64,000 nucleotides of DNA. It comes from a virus. Its lineage: Duplodnaviria > Heunggongvirae > Uroviricota > Caudoviricetes. The notes under the pieces were generated by a model. It did not search any database, was not told the DNA's origin, and saw only the letters and a program-made list of their open reading frames with translations. The translations under genes were made by a program, and so were the position numbers. Below, piece by piece: positions 35,678 to 44,625 of this stretch (its first letter is position 1; every line of letters begins with the position of its first letter). The stretch is from IMG/VR virus record IMGVR_UViG_3300023174_009216. One strand, written 5' to 3'.

Positions 35678-36061
35678 TTACGGCTGTATAAACAGTTCAT
35701 ATACGCTATTCTCTGTGTTGAATTTAATATATCCATCGCCCTTCTCTAGAATTTCTGTGATTGATGTGGTCATCCAGACATAGTTACCATATGCGAAATC
35801 TAGAACTAGGCTTCTTCCAATTTCAGGTTCTTCATGCTTTTCTTTGAATAGGCCTTTTTTATTCCATTCTAGCCAAAGAGCAGTATTGCCTCTCTTTTCT
35901 AATCCATCCCTTTCTCTAACTAATCTGTATTTATGTAATGAATCGCCTCCGCATTTCCCGCATAGGAGATCCTCAGTGATGCCTTCTGAGATTATAGAAC
36001 TACATTTGGTGCAAAGTGTTGCACCATTTCCACCGTTAAATTTATGTATTGGTTTTTTCAT
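35678..36061 (-). CDS. zinc-ribbon protein
   Basis: CTKCSSII...LCGKCGG double CxxC. Confidence 0.4.
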   Translation of the reverse strand: MKKPIHKFNGGNGATLCTKCSSIISEGITEDLLCGKCGGDSLHKYRLVRERDGLEKRGNTALWLEWNKKGLFKEKHEEPEIGRSLVLDFAYGNYVWMTTSITEILEKGDGYIKFNTENSVYELFIQP

Positions 36062-36062
36062 A

Positions 36063-36362
36063 CTATTCTGTTTGACTCATTATTAGATCAAGCTGGTCTC
36101 TGCAATTTCCTGTCAGTTCTTCTTCCGCCCTTTCAAATATATATACATATCTCATTAAATCAATGTCTCTAACAAAGATCTCCGATTTTAATGAGTCGCA
36201 TTCTTTTCTTTCTTGATAAAGTGAATCTCTAAGTCTTACGACCTCATTGCTAGGTTTTTTTAAATCCTTTATAGTCTCATTCTGTGTATAGAGAGAATAG
36301 ACTAATGAAATCATAGCAATCATAACAAGAACAATTGCAAAAGTGAGCCTGGTGTTTTTCAT
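36063..36362 (-). CDS. small membrane protein
   Basis: N-terminal TM helix LTFAIVLVMIAMISLVYSL. Confidence 0.4.
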   Translation of the reverse strand: MKNTRLTFAIVLVMIAMISLVYSLYTQNETIKDLKKPSNEVVRLRDSLYQERKECDSLKSEIFVRDIDLMRYVYIFERAEEELTGNCRDQLDLIMSQTE

Positions 36363-36384
36363 AAATGTATTTTTAAATTAAATC

Positions 36385-36615
36385 TTATTGTGGGTTATTT
36401 TGATAGATCCAAAAATGAAAATAAACATTCAATATAGTTAATTCTATAGTGAATGCTGGGCTATGATCATCTTTGTATCTATCCCAATTTACATTACAAC
36501 AAAAGAATCTAATCCCATCTTTATAGGATCTGATCAGGGCAAATAGCTGAGCCTCCCAATAAATTCTTTTCCTTTTTGAAATCGTTCCGTGTGGTGTGAA
36601 TCCTATAAAACTCAT
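36385..36615 (-). CDS. hypothetical protein
   Basis: 76 aa ORF. Confidence 0.35.
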   Translation of the reverse strand: MSFIGFTPHGTISKRKRIYWEAQLFALIRSYKDGIRFFCCNVNWDRYKDDHSPAFTIELTILNVYFHFWIYQNNPQ

Positions 36616-36778
36616 GCTTCTTCTTTTATGATTAATTCTGGATTTTTTTCCATGATATCTGCTATCATATCAACTATCTCTTCCGGACCAAAGTGTGTGA
36701 CCCAATCACATTCTTCTGTGATAAAATCAACCCTTGCCATATAAAGGTCGTATAATTTTTTTCTTTCTATTTTCATAA

Positions 36779-37051
36779 TTAGTCCTTTTTTATTCTTAGA
36801 CCTTCTTTTTCAAAATCAGTGGAGTCTTTTTGAGTTGGTAAATGATCATAGGTTTTTCTGCTCATGTAAACATTACCAACCGAATCATAGCACGGTATTG
36901 ACTCTATTGTATATGATTGTTTTTTAGCAGGAGGTGTGTCTTCTCTACATAATGCTATGCAATAACCAATACCTATTATAAATGGAGTTGCTAAGAATAG
37001 CAATATTAGAACTTTTGCAATTGGTGAAGATTTTTCTGGTATTCCGTACAT
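36779..37051 (-). CDS. small membrane protein
   Basis: TM helix VLILLFLATPFIIGIGYCIALC. Confidence 0.4.
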   Translation of the reverse strand: MYGIPEKSSPIAKVLILLFLATPFIIGIGYCIALCREDTPPAKKQSYTIESIPCYDSVGNVYMSRKTYDHLPTQKDSTDFEKEGLRIKKD

Positions 37052-37056
37052 ATTGT

Positions 37057-37284
37057 TTATTTATTTTGTGCTAGTACTTTAATTTGAATTCTACTTGGTG
37101 GGTTGGTGTGGTATTCGTACCATGTATTTGCCTCCTTTTTATTATAAAAGGTTGCGCTATCATGGAAATGTTCTTCGAAGTATTTTGACCACCATAACCC
37201 TAAGATTAGTTTTTCAACTCTCCAGTATGGTTTGCCTTTGTTGTCTAACTTGTCTTTAACTTCTAATAATCTATATCTTGCCAT
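37057..37284 (-). CDS. hypothetical protein
   Basis: Start moved to the internal ATG (MARYRL) to remove a 77-nt overlap with the upstream gene. Confidence 0.35.
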   Translation of the reverse strand: MARYRLLEVKDKLDNKGKPYWRVEKLILGLWWSKYFEEHFHDSATFYNKKEANTWYEYHTNPPSRIQIKVLAQNK

Positions 37285-37285
37285 A

Positions 37286-38002
37286 TCAATTAAATTTTCT
37301 TTCTCTTTCCATTCTACGCAAACATTCCAAAGGAGTTTCATTTGGCAATAAATCATATCCACATCCTAGTGTTCCCCCTTTCCAACTGCCTGCTCTTTCA
37401 CCAACCTCATCATTGAAATCCACATTGATGGTTTTTCTTTTTTTAGCAAATAGAGATGTCCATTTAAACCATCTAGGTCTCCACTCTCGTTCTTCCACTC
37501 TAATAGTAGCAGTTCTCGCCTGAACTGTTCCATTCTTTAGTGTATATGTATAGGGATAGGTCCAGCTCCAAAGTATGCCATCCCACTTCTCCTTGTTATA
37601 AAATTCTTTATTTCTTCTTCCTAATTTTTCTGCTAGGAATTCATGCTCCCATTCTCCGTCCATTCTCATGCATGATGTTCTGACCCATGTTAAATCCCAT
37701 GGCATATAGATGAATTTAGTTTTCTTTCCCAGACAAAAAACAAGGGAAGTTGGAAACCATGAATCATTTGAATAAAGATAAAAACCATATTGAGGTGGAT
37801 CACACTCGTCATATTTGCTTCTAATAAACGGAATGTGAATGTAAAATTGTCCCCAACCAAGGCTGAAGGATAGCATTGCCCTGTTATCGAAATAACCCGC
37901 TGGAGCTACCTTGAAATTTAATTTCTTCCATCCTGTACAAAACTCAAACCAGTCGTTCCTATAAATTGTGTTCTCTCTGTATTTTTCTTTTCTTAGTTTC
38001 AT
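37286..38002 (-). CDS. hypothetical protein
   Basis: About 238 aa Trp/Tyr-rich ORF. Start at the second ATG to avoid overlap. Confidence 0.45.
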   Translation of the reverse strand: MKLRKEKYRENTIYRNDWFEFCTGWKKLNFKVAPAGYFDNRAMLSFSLGWGQFYIHIPFIRSKYDECDPPQYGFYLYSNDSWFPTSLVFCLGKKTKFIYMPWDLTWVRTSCMRMDGEWEHEFLAEKLGRRNKEFYNKEKWDGILWSWTYPYTYTLKNGTVQARTATIRVEEREWRPRWFKWTSLFAKKRKTINVDFNDEVGERAGSWKGGTLGCGYDLLPNETPLECLRRMERERKFN

Positions 38003-38003
38003 C

Positions 38004-38333
38004 TTAGTATAAATCTTCACTAAATAATCTGGTTTCAAAATCTATTGTGTGTCCATTTGCTTGATGAATTTGTGCTCCTTCTTCTCTATCTACAAAACGA
38101 TTCTTACTGGTAAGAAATCCCTGTACGTGTTCACCGGAACAGTCTTCACCAATTTCGCAAGTTCGTAAACCTGTTAATGAACTCATGGTCCACATACACT
38201 GTCCATGACGATGTCCTAAGATTACTAATCCTTTATCACAATTCTTTGGAAGCACCCCATCTATAATTTTCTTTAGAGGTATTTCTTTATACCATATCGC
38301 TGCGCAAAGGATGTATTCGTCTTTTGTTTTCAT
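38004..38333 (-). CDS. hypothetical protein
   Basis: 109 aa ORF. Confidence 0.4.
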   Translation of the reverse strand: MKTKDEYILCAAIWYKEIPLKKIIDGVLPKNCDKGLVILGHRHGQCMWTMSSLTGLRTCEIGEDCSGEHVQGFLTSKNRFVDREEGAQIHQANGHTIDFETRLFSEDLY

Positions 38334-38563
38334 AATTTTTCTATTTCTTTTTTAACTTCTATCCAATAATATACCCATTTTGAATTAGCATTACTTGCAG
38401 TTTCAGTATACTCATCATCCATTTTCATAAATTCCATTATCTCATCAACTGCTTTTGATGCACATTTTTTAGCATTCCTATTTTTCATGCTATCACTCAA
38501 AAATGACATTATTGTATTTCTGTATTCATCAACTAACTTTTGAGCTTTTTCTTTTGGCGTCAT
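38330..38563 (-). CDS. hypothetical protein
   Basis: 77 aa ORF with 4-nt overlaps on both sides. Confidence 0.4.
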   Translation of the reverse strand: MTPKEKAQKLVDEYRNTIMSFLSDSMKNRNAKKCASKAVDEIMEFMKMDDEYTETASNANSKWVYYWIEVKKEIEKL

Positions 38564-39399
38564 ATCTTCTCTTTATAGTAGTGATCTAGAATTTGATTCA
38601 TGGTTGCCTCGTTACCCATAGAGTCCGCCCATCCAAAGAATTGGCCATCATTGGTGGTAGAGTAATGTTTAGTAAACCAGCGTAAGAATAAAGCAAACTC
38701 TCTCTTTTCATCTTCCTTGTCTATTGGTTTTTCATTCAAAGATTCAAATGGAGATGTATATGTGGAAACTTCTTTAATTGCTTGTTTGTAAAATTCCACA
38801 TCAATTTGTGTTTTTTGTATCATTTCGTCTTCATCTTTAAATGGATATAATCCTAAATCCTCCATAATCATCTGCATAACTCTTTCATTTGGAGTTTCCC
38901 ATTTCCAATCTCCATAAAACCAACTCTTTGCCAGTAATTTTGCTAAAGCCTCTAGATTCTCAATCTTACCTAATGTTCCATTGTTTGCTCTTATTAAAAA
39001 TTCTTTAAAAAGATTGTTTACCTCACCAGCATCATTGATTACCTTCCCCTTATAGCTAAATCCATTTTCATTCATAACAATCATCTCTTCTCCTTTGATT
39101 TTGAAAATAATTGAGTTATCTTGATTCTGATTCTGTGCTATTTTCAACACATAATTGTCAGGGATATCTATTGGTTCTCCCTGTGTAATCAGCTTAGCAT
39201 ATTCTTTTATTCCAGGAACGTTTTGATAATCAACATAATCCCTTACGGCTTCAAACTCCACCTGTTCTCCATAAACTAAATCATCATTCACATCATCAGG
39301 ATGTAATGGAAGTTCTGTTTCATGAAATCCAAAATCGTCATGGGTAAACGCAATGTACCAACCGCTCGGCTGTGTTTTTTTGTATAGGTATCCTTTCAT
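38560..39399 (-). CDS. hypothetical protein
   Basis: 279 aa ORF. Confidence 0.5.
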   Translation of the reverse strand: MKGYLYKKTQPSGWYIAFTHDDFGFHETELPLHPDDVNDDLVYGEQVEFEAVRDYVDYQNVPGIKEYAKLITQGEPIDIPDNYVLKIAQNQNQDNSIIFKIKGEEMIVMNENGFSYKGKVINDAGEVNNLFKEFLIRANNGTLGKIENLEALAKLLAKSWFYGDWKWETPNERVMQMIMEDLGLYPFKDEDEMIQKTQIDVEFYKQAIKEVSTYTSPFESLNEKPIDKEDEKREFALFLRWFTKHYSTTNDGQFFGWADSMGNEATMNQILDHYYKEKI

Positions 39400-39636
39400 T
39401 TAATAAGTTTTTATAGTTGGATATTCTGTTACGGAAACAAATCTTTTGTCGATTTTATAATGGTGTTCAAGAACTTCTTTTAATAGCTCTTCTTTTGAGT
39501 CTTTACGATAGATATAATTTATCGATCCATATCCTGTGTCTACCCAATATCTAATATACTTCCAGCCATACCATGTTTTGCGTTGAAGTATGAAATCCTT
39601 TTCACGTTGGATGAATCGTATTTTAATTTTTTTCAC
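39400..39636 (-). CDS. hypothetical protein
   Basis: 78 aa ORF. Confidence 0.4.
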   Translation of the reverse strand: MKKIKIRFIQREKDFILQRKTWYGWKYIRYWVDTGYGSINYIYRKDSKEELLKEVLEHHYKIDKRFVSVTEYPTIKTY

Positions 39637-39647
39637 AATGCCTACTT

Positions 39648-39998
39648 TTATTTTGTTTTAACAACTTTAAATAGTCCTTTTTCTATTGTATAACCATTGT
39701 TAATAAAATGTTTCAGACTATCAACATTACAATGGGCATATACTGTTTTATCTGTGTCTTTTATCTTTGAGTCTCGATAGTTCCATAAGAGTTTATAAAT
39801 ACCTTTACTTCTATGTTCTTCCTTGACATACGCATGACATAAGTAGATCACAGATTCGTGTTCCACGTAAGACACAACGCCAACCAATTCATTTTTAATT
39901 AAACATCCGTAGTAAGTGGCATGTTTATCTAATAGGTCAGGTTTGAGTTCTTTAAACTCATTCTCAACGTCATTATATGGGATCTTTTTAATTTCCAT
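39648..39998 (-). CDS. GNAT-family N-acetyltransferase
   Basis: VGVVSY...YLCHAYVKEEHRSKGIYKLLW resembles GNAT motif A. Confidence 0.45.
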   Translation of the reverse strand: MEIKKIPYNDVENEFKELKPDLLDKHATYYGCLIKNELVGVVSYVEHESVIYLCHAYVKEEHRSKGIYKLLWNYRDSKIKDTDKTVYAHCNVDSLKHFINNGYTIEKGLFKVVKTK

Positions 39999-40001
39999 TG
40001 G

Positions 40002-40890
40002 TTAATTACTTAGAGGTGCTTTGATTGCTGGATGTGATTGATAGTTTTCTAATTGAAAATCTTTTGGATCTAGGTGACCATATAGAGATTGGTTTTCTGA
40101 TAGAGATTTGTAAAACTCATCTGTCTTCATGTGTTTTAATGTAGGTAATTCAAAAGGCTGTCTTGTTCTTTTCGGAATGTTAGCTTCCATAAATTCTTGA
40201 CGTTTACCATCAACCAATGCGTCCATGCCAGTTTTTTGCAGAAACTCTATTCTTTCTTCTTCCGTGTATTCTCTACCTATCTGCTCTTTAGCCTGCTCAA
40301 TGTGGTTGCTATAAAGGTGTACATCACCCAAGTTACCAATCAATTCATCAGGAACCATGTTGACTTCTTTGGCTATGATTTCAAGTAGTAATCCATAAGA
40401 TGCTATGTTGAATGGTAAACCAAGGAAGGTATCTACTGAGCGTTGATTCCACATTAATGAGATTGCTCTGGTTGGAACTCTACTTGCTCTCATATCATCT
40501 TCTTCATTTTCTAACCCTGCTTCTAAACGTTCTAAAACTACATTATTCTTTTTACACCAGTCTCTTCTTTCTTCCAAACTCAACTCTCTCGTATATACTT
40601 GAAATCCATAATGACAGGGTGGCAAAACCATTGAATCCAAATCTGAACAGTTCCAGCTATTAACCATTAATCGTCTTGAGTCAGGATTTGTTTTGAGTTC
40701 AGAGATTAGGTTTGCGATTTGGTCTATTCTATATGTTGACATTCTCATCTCTGACCTATCAATACCTCTCCAATTTCTCCACTGCTTTCCGTATATTGGT
40801 CCAAGGTCTCCAAATCGATCAGAAAATTCTTTGTTTGTTTTAATTTTTTCTACAAACTCTTCTTTAGTATAAGGCCTTCCTTCTGGGTGT
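40002..40890 (-). CDS. thyA: thymidylate synthase, 3' exon / C-terminal portion (5' boundary approximate)
   Basis: GDLGPIYGKQWRNW, MVNSWNCSDLDSMVLPPCHYGFQVY (active-site PPCH) and GDVHLYSNHIEQ match ThyA. The N-terminal ThyA region is absent from this ORF and found at 41571..41831. Confidence 0.7.
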
Positions 40891-41570
40891 AAATGTTCTT
40901 TATTCATAAGTTTATTTTTTATATTCCCATTTGTAATTTCCTGATGATTTTCTTTTTCCTTTACACACATTACATATATTACTAGCCGCTAATTTTAATT
41001 CCCTTTGTATATCTGCTAAGCTATCCCATGTTTTAATATATTCATCATTTAAAGTGTATTGGTTTATTTTAATACTAGAAAAATGCAATACCCCAATTTT
41101 TTCAAACATACCATGATTCTCTCCAGATATTAAATAACCCTTGCCAAACATCGGATTGTTTTTACCGATCCTTTTACCTTTCCTGTTTTTCCTCATCAAT
41201 GATTTTGTATCTTCTGAGTGTTTACCGTTGCTACCTGGATCTTTTATATTCAACATTTCAAATTCACAATCTTTATATTGTTGCCAATAATATATCTCAT
41301 AATCATTTAGAATGGTTTGTGATACATCTTTTGGAAGTATTGTAAGAATTTGAAATTTATGATTTTCCCATCCGTATTTAATTATTGAATTATATAGCTT
41401 TTTTTGGCGACTGCAATGAGTTTTTTCATATTGATTAATTCTCCTTCTAATACACCAACTTTGGCCTATATAAATTTTATTTGTTGGGCTAACGATTTTG
41501 TATATTGCTATCATCAATCCTTATTTTGTTTCTCTAATCTTTCGCACTCTTTCAAATAAGCTTGATAACA
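40891..41570 (-). mobile_element. putative group I intron (or intervening mobile insertion) carrying a GIY-YIG homing endonuclease ORF within thyA
   Basis: ThyA N-terminal and C-terminal coding parts are separated by about 680 nt that encode a GIY-YIG/NUMOD protein. Architecture mirrors the T4 td intron with I-TevI. Splice sites not determined. Confidence 0.5.
40912..41514 (-). CDS. GIY-YIG homing endonuclease with NUMOD3-like motifs
   Basis: AIYKIVSPTNKIYIGQSWCIRRR...H (GIY-YIG core) plus GKRIGKNNPMFGKG and GENHGMFEK repeats. ATG at 41514 overlaps the TGA of the upstream thyA reading frame. Confidence 0.75.
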   Translation of the reverse strand: MIAIYKIVSPTNKIYIGQSWCIRRRINQYEKTHCSRQKKLYNSIIKYGWENHKFQILTILPKDVSQTILNDYEIYYWQQYKDCEFEMLNIKDPGSNGKHSEDTKSLMRKNRKGKRIGKNNPMFGKGYLISGENHGMFEKIGVLHFSSIKINQYTLNDEYIKTWDSLADIQRELKLAASNICNVCKGKRKSSGNYKWEYKK

Positions 41571-41831
41571 GTCCCCAGTCCAGATGTTGCAATCGTTATC
41601 CAGCAAATACTTCAAATCAGACCGTCCTTGCAAAAACCACAATAGTTCTGTTACAACTCCTTTAAAATAAAGTTTTTTGGTGGTTAAAGCAGGAAACCCG
41701 GTTTTCATATCATGTCTTATGGTTATTCCAAAGACACTTAAAGTACCGGTTCCTGTTCGGTCTTTCTTTTCAACTCCATTATCAAGAATATCTTGTAAAA
41801 GAGCTTGATAATCTAAATCTAATTTATTCAT
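41571..41831 (-). CDS. thyA: thymidylate synthase, 5' exon / N-terminal portion (3' boundary approximate)
   Basis: [12 protein letters not shown]...GFPALTTKK...ELLWFLQG...NIW is the conserved ThyA N-terminus. The frame runs on to a stop at 41514 inside the insertion. Confidence 0.7.
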
Positions 41832-41847
41832 AACTTTCTATTGTTTT
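41832..41847 (-). promoter_or_regulatory. conserved translation-initiation-region motif AAAACAATAGAAAGTT immediately 5' of ATG
   Basis: Same 16-mer (coding-strand sense) abuts the ATG of seven small minus-strand genes: 12459, 41832, 42196, 42463, 42691, 43602, 44107. Confidence 0.5.
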
Positions 41848-41988
41848 ATTTGATTAACTACACTTACTATACTCTTCATCCAAGCACCCATAATATCTCT
41901 TCTTCCGAACAATACATTCCATATTGACATATCAGCATCCCAGATTTCTTTTGGCACTTCTACTTTAATAACTTGTCTATTCTTCATA

Positions 41989-42195
41989 TTATTTATTTTT
42001 TATTTTTGTAGTTAATAAATGATATTTTTGACAATGACAACATTTATATGCGACTAATTTAGTATCGGGTTTTGGGTCTTTCCCATTCACTATTTTAGCC
42101 GCGGCTATTGCGGCATTGTCAGTATCATAGGATTTCTTTGGTATTCCATTTCTTGATATACAAGTAAATTTACCTTTATCAACACATTTAACCAT
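41989..42195 (-). CDS. small zinc-ribbon protein
   Basis: CxxxxC...CCHC pattern. 68 aa. Conserved upstream motif. Confidence 0.4.
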   Translation of the reverse strand: MVKCVDKGKFTCISRNGIPKKSYDTDNAAIAAAKIVNGKDPKPDTKLVAYKCCHCQKYHLLTTKIKNK

Positions 42196-42210
42196 AACTT
42201 TCTATTTTTA
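42196..42210 (-). promoter_or_regulatory. conserved upstream motif instance (AAAAATAGAAAGTT-ATG)
   Basis: Variant of the 16-mer directly 5' of the 41989..42195 ATG. Confidence 0.45.
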
Positions 42211-42462
42211 ATCTAATCTTGTTAGTTTATCGTGTATTTTTGAAATCATTTCAATTTGTTCACCTCTCAAAAATTTAATTTCACCTGTTTCGTCATTTCT
42301 GATAAAAACACCAGCACCCAAACCTCTCTTACTTATTCTTTCATCCACCGCTAGATAATAAGTTTCGGTGTTCCGAAATGCATCAAGTGTAACTTGGCCA
42401 ACGGGAGTTAATAAGATTTCTCCTAAGAACGGATCTTTATGTTTTATGGGTTCTTTATTCAT
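42208..42462 (-). CDS. hypothetical protein
   Basis: 84 aa ORF. Conserved upstream motif at 42463..42480. Confidence 0.45.
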   Translation of the reverse strand: MNKEPIKHKDPFLGEILLTPVGQVTLDAFRNTETYYLAVDERISKRGLGAGVFIRNDETGEIKFLRGEQIEMISKIHDKLTRLD

Positions 42463-42468
42463 AACTTT

Positions 42469-42690
42469 CTATTGTTTGTTTAAAATATAACCTCTATAGT
42501 ATTTGGTGCCATATCCTTTATAGTCTTTATAGACATAAAGAATAGCATCGTCTTTTATTTCAGAAAACCCTCGGGGATATGTTTGTACGGTAATCATCTT
42601 CCAATTACCATCCATCGGTACATAGCTAACTTCTGTTGGGTTATCTAAGTTAATTAAAAATGTTGGTTGGGCTACTTCTATTTTATTCAT
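42469..42690 (-). CDS. hypothetical protein
   Basis: 73 aa ORF. Conserved upstream motif variant at 42691..42710. Confidence 0.45.
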   Translation of the reverse strand: MNKIEVAQPTFLINLDNPTEVSYVPMDGNWKMITVQTYPRGFSEIKDDAILYVYKDYKGYGTKYYRGYILNKQ

Positions 42691-43001
42691 AACTTACTAT
42701 TATTGTTTATCTGTTCGTATAACTCTTTTAGTTTGTCCTTGAAAGCGGTCATCACTATGTCTACTGCTATGAGATGTCCATGTGGGCTAAACATATCTTC
42801 ACAGAGTTGGCATCCTAAGAAAACATTCTCTTCAAGGCCTAGCATGGTCATTTTAGTTGAAACGCCAAGTTGCCCAATTGGATAATGTTCTGATGGTTCT
42901 GTTCTCGTCATTTCACCTATGAACTCTACTTCCAAACCATCATTAACTCGTTTCATTAAGTCAACGGCTGCAATGATGATAGGACTGATTTCGTTATTCA
43001 T
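42687..43001 (-). CDS. hypothetical protein
   Basis: 104 aa ORF. Confidence 0.45.
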   Translation of the reverse strand: MNNEISPIIIAAVDLMKRVNDGLEVEFIGEMTRTEPSEHYPIGQLGVSTKMTMLGLEENVFLGCQLCEDMFSPHGHLIAVDIVMTAFKDKLKELYEQINNNSKL

Positions 43002-43007
43002 AATCTT

Positions 43008-43601
43008 TTAATTTAATCTTTTTGATATGTTTTCATTTATTTTCTCACCCAGCTTCCAACCTTCTATCTCATCCTCTTTAATCTGTATGTTTATATCATT
43101 ATTAAGAAATCTATATGCCTTGTTGGTGTATTGATAATAAACATATCCATGTTTTTCAAAATCAAGGGGTCTTCCGTAAGATACAGTAAATTCAAATTCT
43201 TTGCCATTAGTGTCAACTGTTTTAAATGTGCCGCCATAAAAATCTTCAACAATTTCAGGTAATTCAAATTCTTTATGAATTGTCAAATAACAATCCAAAT
43301 AGGTGTCATGTGAGAACGCCCACCACGATTCTTCATATTTTATATGACCAAGATACTTTTGCATAAGGTTCGGTTTCTTTGAATTCAAATCCCCTCCATA
43401 TAAACTAACCAATGTGATTGTTGCAATTTCTTCGTTATTTACAATCAATGGAAAAGAATAAACAAAATAAGGATAATCACGCTTTTCCAAATCAAGTGGT
43501 GTATTCGCTTTTTTGTTATTCCAATCTAAAAGAATTTGTTCTGGATTTTTGTCAGTACATTGTTTTATTATATCTAAAACTTCGGGTTCATTATAATTCA
43601 T
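43008..43601 (-). CDS. hypothetical protein
   Basis: 197 aa ORF. Conserved upstream motif at 43602..43620. Confidence 0.5.
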   Translation of the reverse strand: MNYNEPEVLDIIKQCTDKNPEQILLDWNNKKANTPLDLEKRDYPYFVYSFPLIVNNEEIATITLVSLYGGDLNSKKPNLMQKYLGHIKYEESWWAFSHDTYLDCYLTIHKEFELPEIVEDFYGGTFKTVDTNGKEFEFTVSYGRPLDFEKHGYVYYQYTNKAYRFLNNDINIQIKEDEIEGWKLGEKINENISKRLN

Positions 43602-44106
43602 AACTTTCTATTGTTTTGTTGGTTGGGATGTTATTATCATCCATAACTTTAATATGTCCTGATGGATAATGTAACATAGCAGATTCAGCTTCTAATTTTT
43701 TTCTTAGTTCTAAATTTTTGTAAGCAATCTTAAACCGTTCATCATAGCTCAACTCTCTAGTTATTGTGATTAGTTTGGTTGGGATATCATTTTCATCATA
43801 TTGATTATGTGTATAGATATTACCGACAGGATTATGTGTATTATTCCATATTGTTGCTCTTTCTTCCAAACTCAACTCCCTTTCCTCAATCTTTAATCCC
43901 CACCTTTCACTGAACTCCGGGTCAGTTTTACATTTGATGATAAACTCTTCTTGTGAGTAATGAACATAATTAGGATATCCGCTATTAAATTCAAGTCCAT
44001 CTGATTTGAAATGTTTACCTCTATCACTAAAAGTAATTGAACCTATTAAAGTGGTGCAGTAATTCTCATACGCCTCACTCAATAATTCTTGTTGTTCGTT
44101 ACTCAT
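43591..44106 (-). CDS. hypothetical protein
   Basis: 171 aa. N-terminus MSNEQQELL is shared with the next small ORF. Conserved upstream motif at 44107..44122. Confidence 0.5.
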   Translation of the reverse strand: MSNEQQELLSEAYENYCTTLIGSITFSDRGKHFKSDGLEFNSGYPNYVHYSQEEFIIKCKTDPEFSERWGLKIEERELSLEERATIWNNTHNPVGNIYTHNQYDENDIPTKLITITRELSYDERFKIAYKNLELRKKLEAESAMLHYPSGHIKVMDDNNIPTNKTIESYEL

Positions 44107-44112
44107 AACTTG

Positions 44113-44244
44113 TTATTGTTTTATTAAATCCTCAACCATTTTATCAAAAGGACATTTAACACCTTGCTGTCCTTCGACACAACTGTGTGGGCATTGATGG
44201 CAAGGTTTGAATTCAAATAATAATTCTTGTTGTTCGTTATTCAT
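44113..44244 (-). CDS. small Cys-rich protein (43 aa)
   Basis: Below the ORF-track cutoff. MNNEQQELLFEFKPCHQCPHSCVEGQQGVKCPFDKMVEDLIKQ. Same N-terminal heptapeptide as the 43591..44106 product. Confidence 0.3.
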   Translation of the reverse strand: MNNEQQELLFEFKPCHQCPHSCVEGQQGVKCPFDKMVEDLIKQ

Positions 44245-44500
44245 TTTCTGCTATGTTTTCAATGTAATGTTTAACAATATAATCAGGAGCTGGAAGTATA
44301 TCAAGTCTGTGAGCCGTCTCAGTAAGTCCAAAACTTTCATCAGTCATTAGCTCTTCTCTTAAACTGTCTGCATCTGTTTTTGTTGGCTTGTTCCAATATC
44401 CACAGAAATGCAGTATGTCCAGCATTTCGCCTTCTTGCAGTGGATCGATAACGATCAATCCATATTTTATGTCTTTTGGGTTGTGTTGCTCATTAGCCAT
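44237..44500 (-). CDS. hypothetical protein
   Basis: 87 aa acidic ORF. Confidence 0.4.
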   Translation of the reverse strand: MANEQHNPKDIKYGLIVIDPLQEGEMLDILHFCGYWNKPTKTDADSLREELMTDESFGLTETAHRLDILPAPDYIVKHYIENIAENE

Positions 44501-44625
44501 TGATGATAGCTTTAAGACGTTTAATCTCTGAGATTACATCATCTCCAAGTTCAATCTTGGACATCATTGACAAGTCCACTATTTGGTTTTCTAAGATTTC
44601 AATTAATTGTGTTTTTGCTTCTTCT

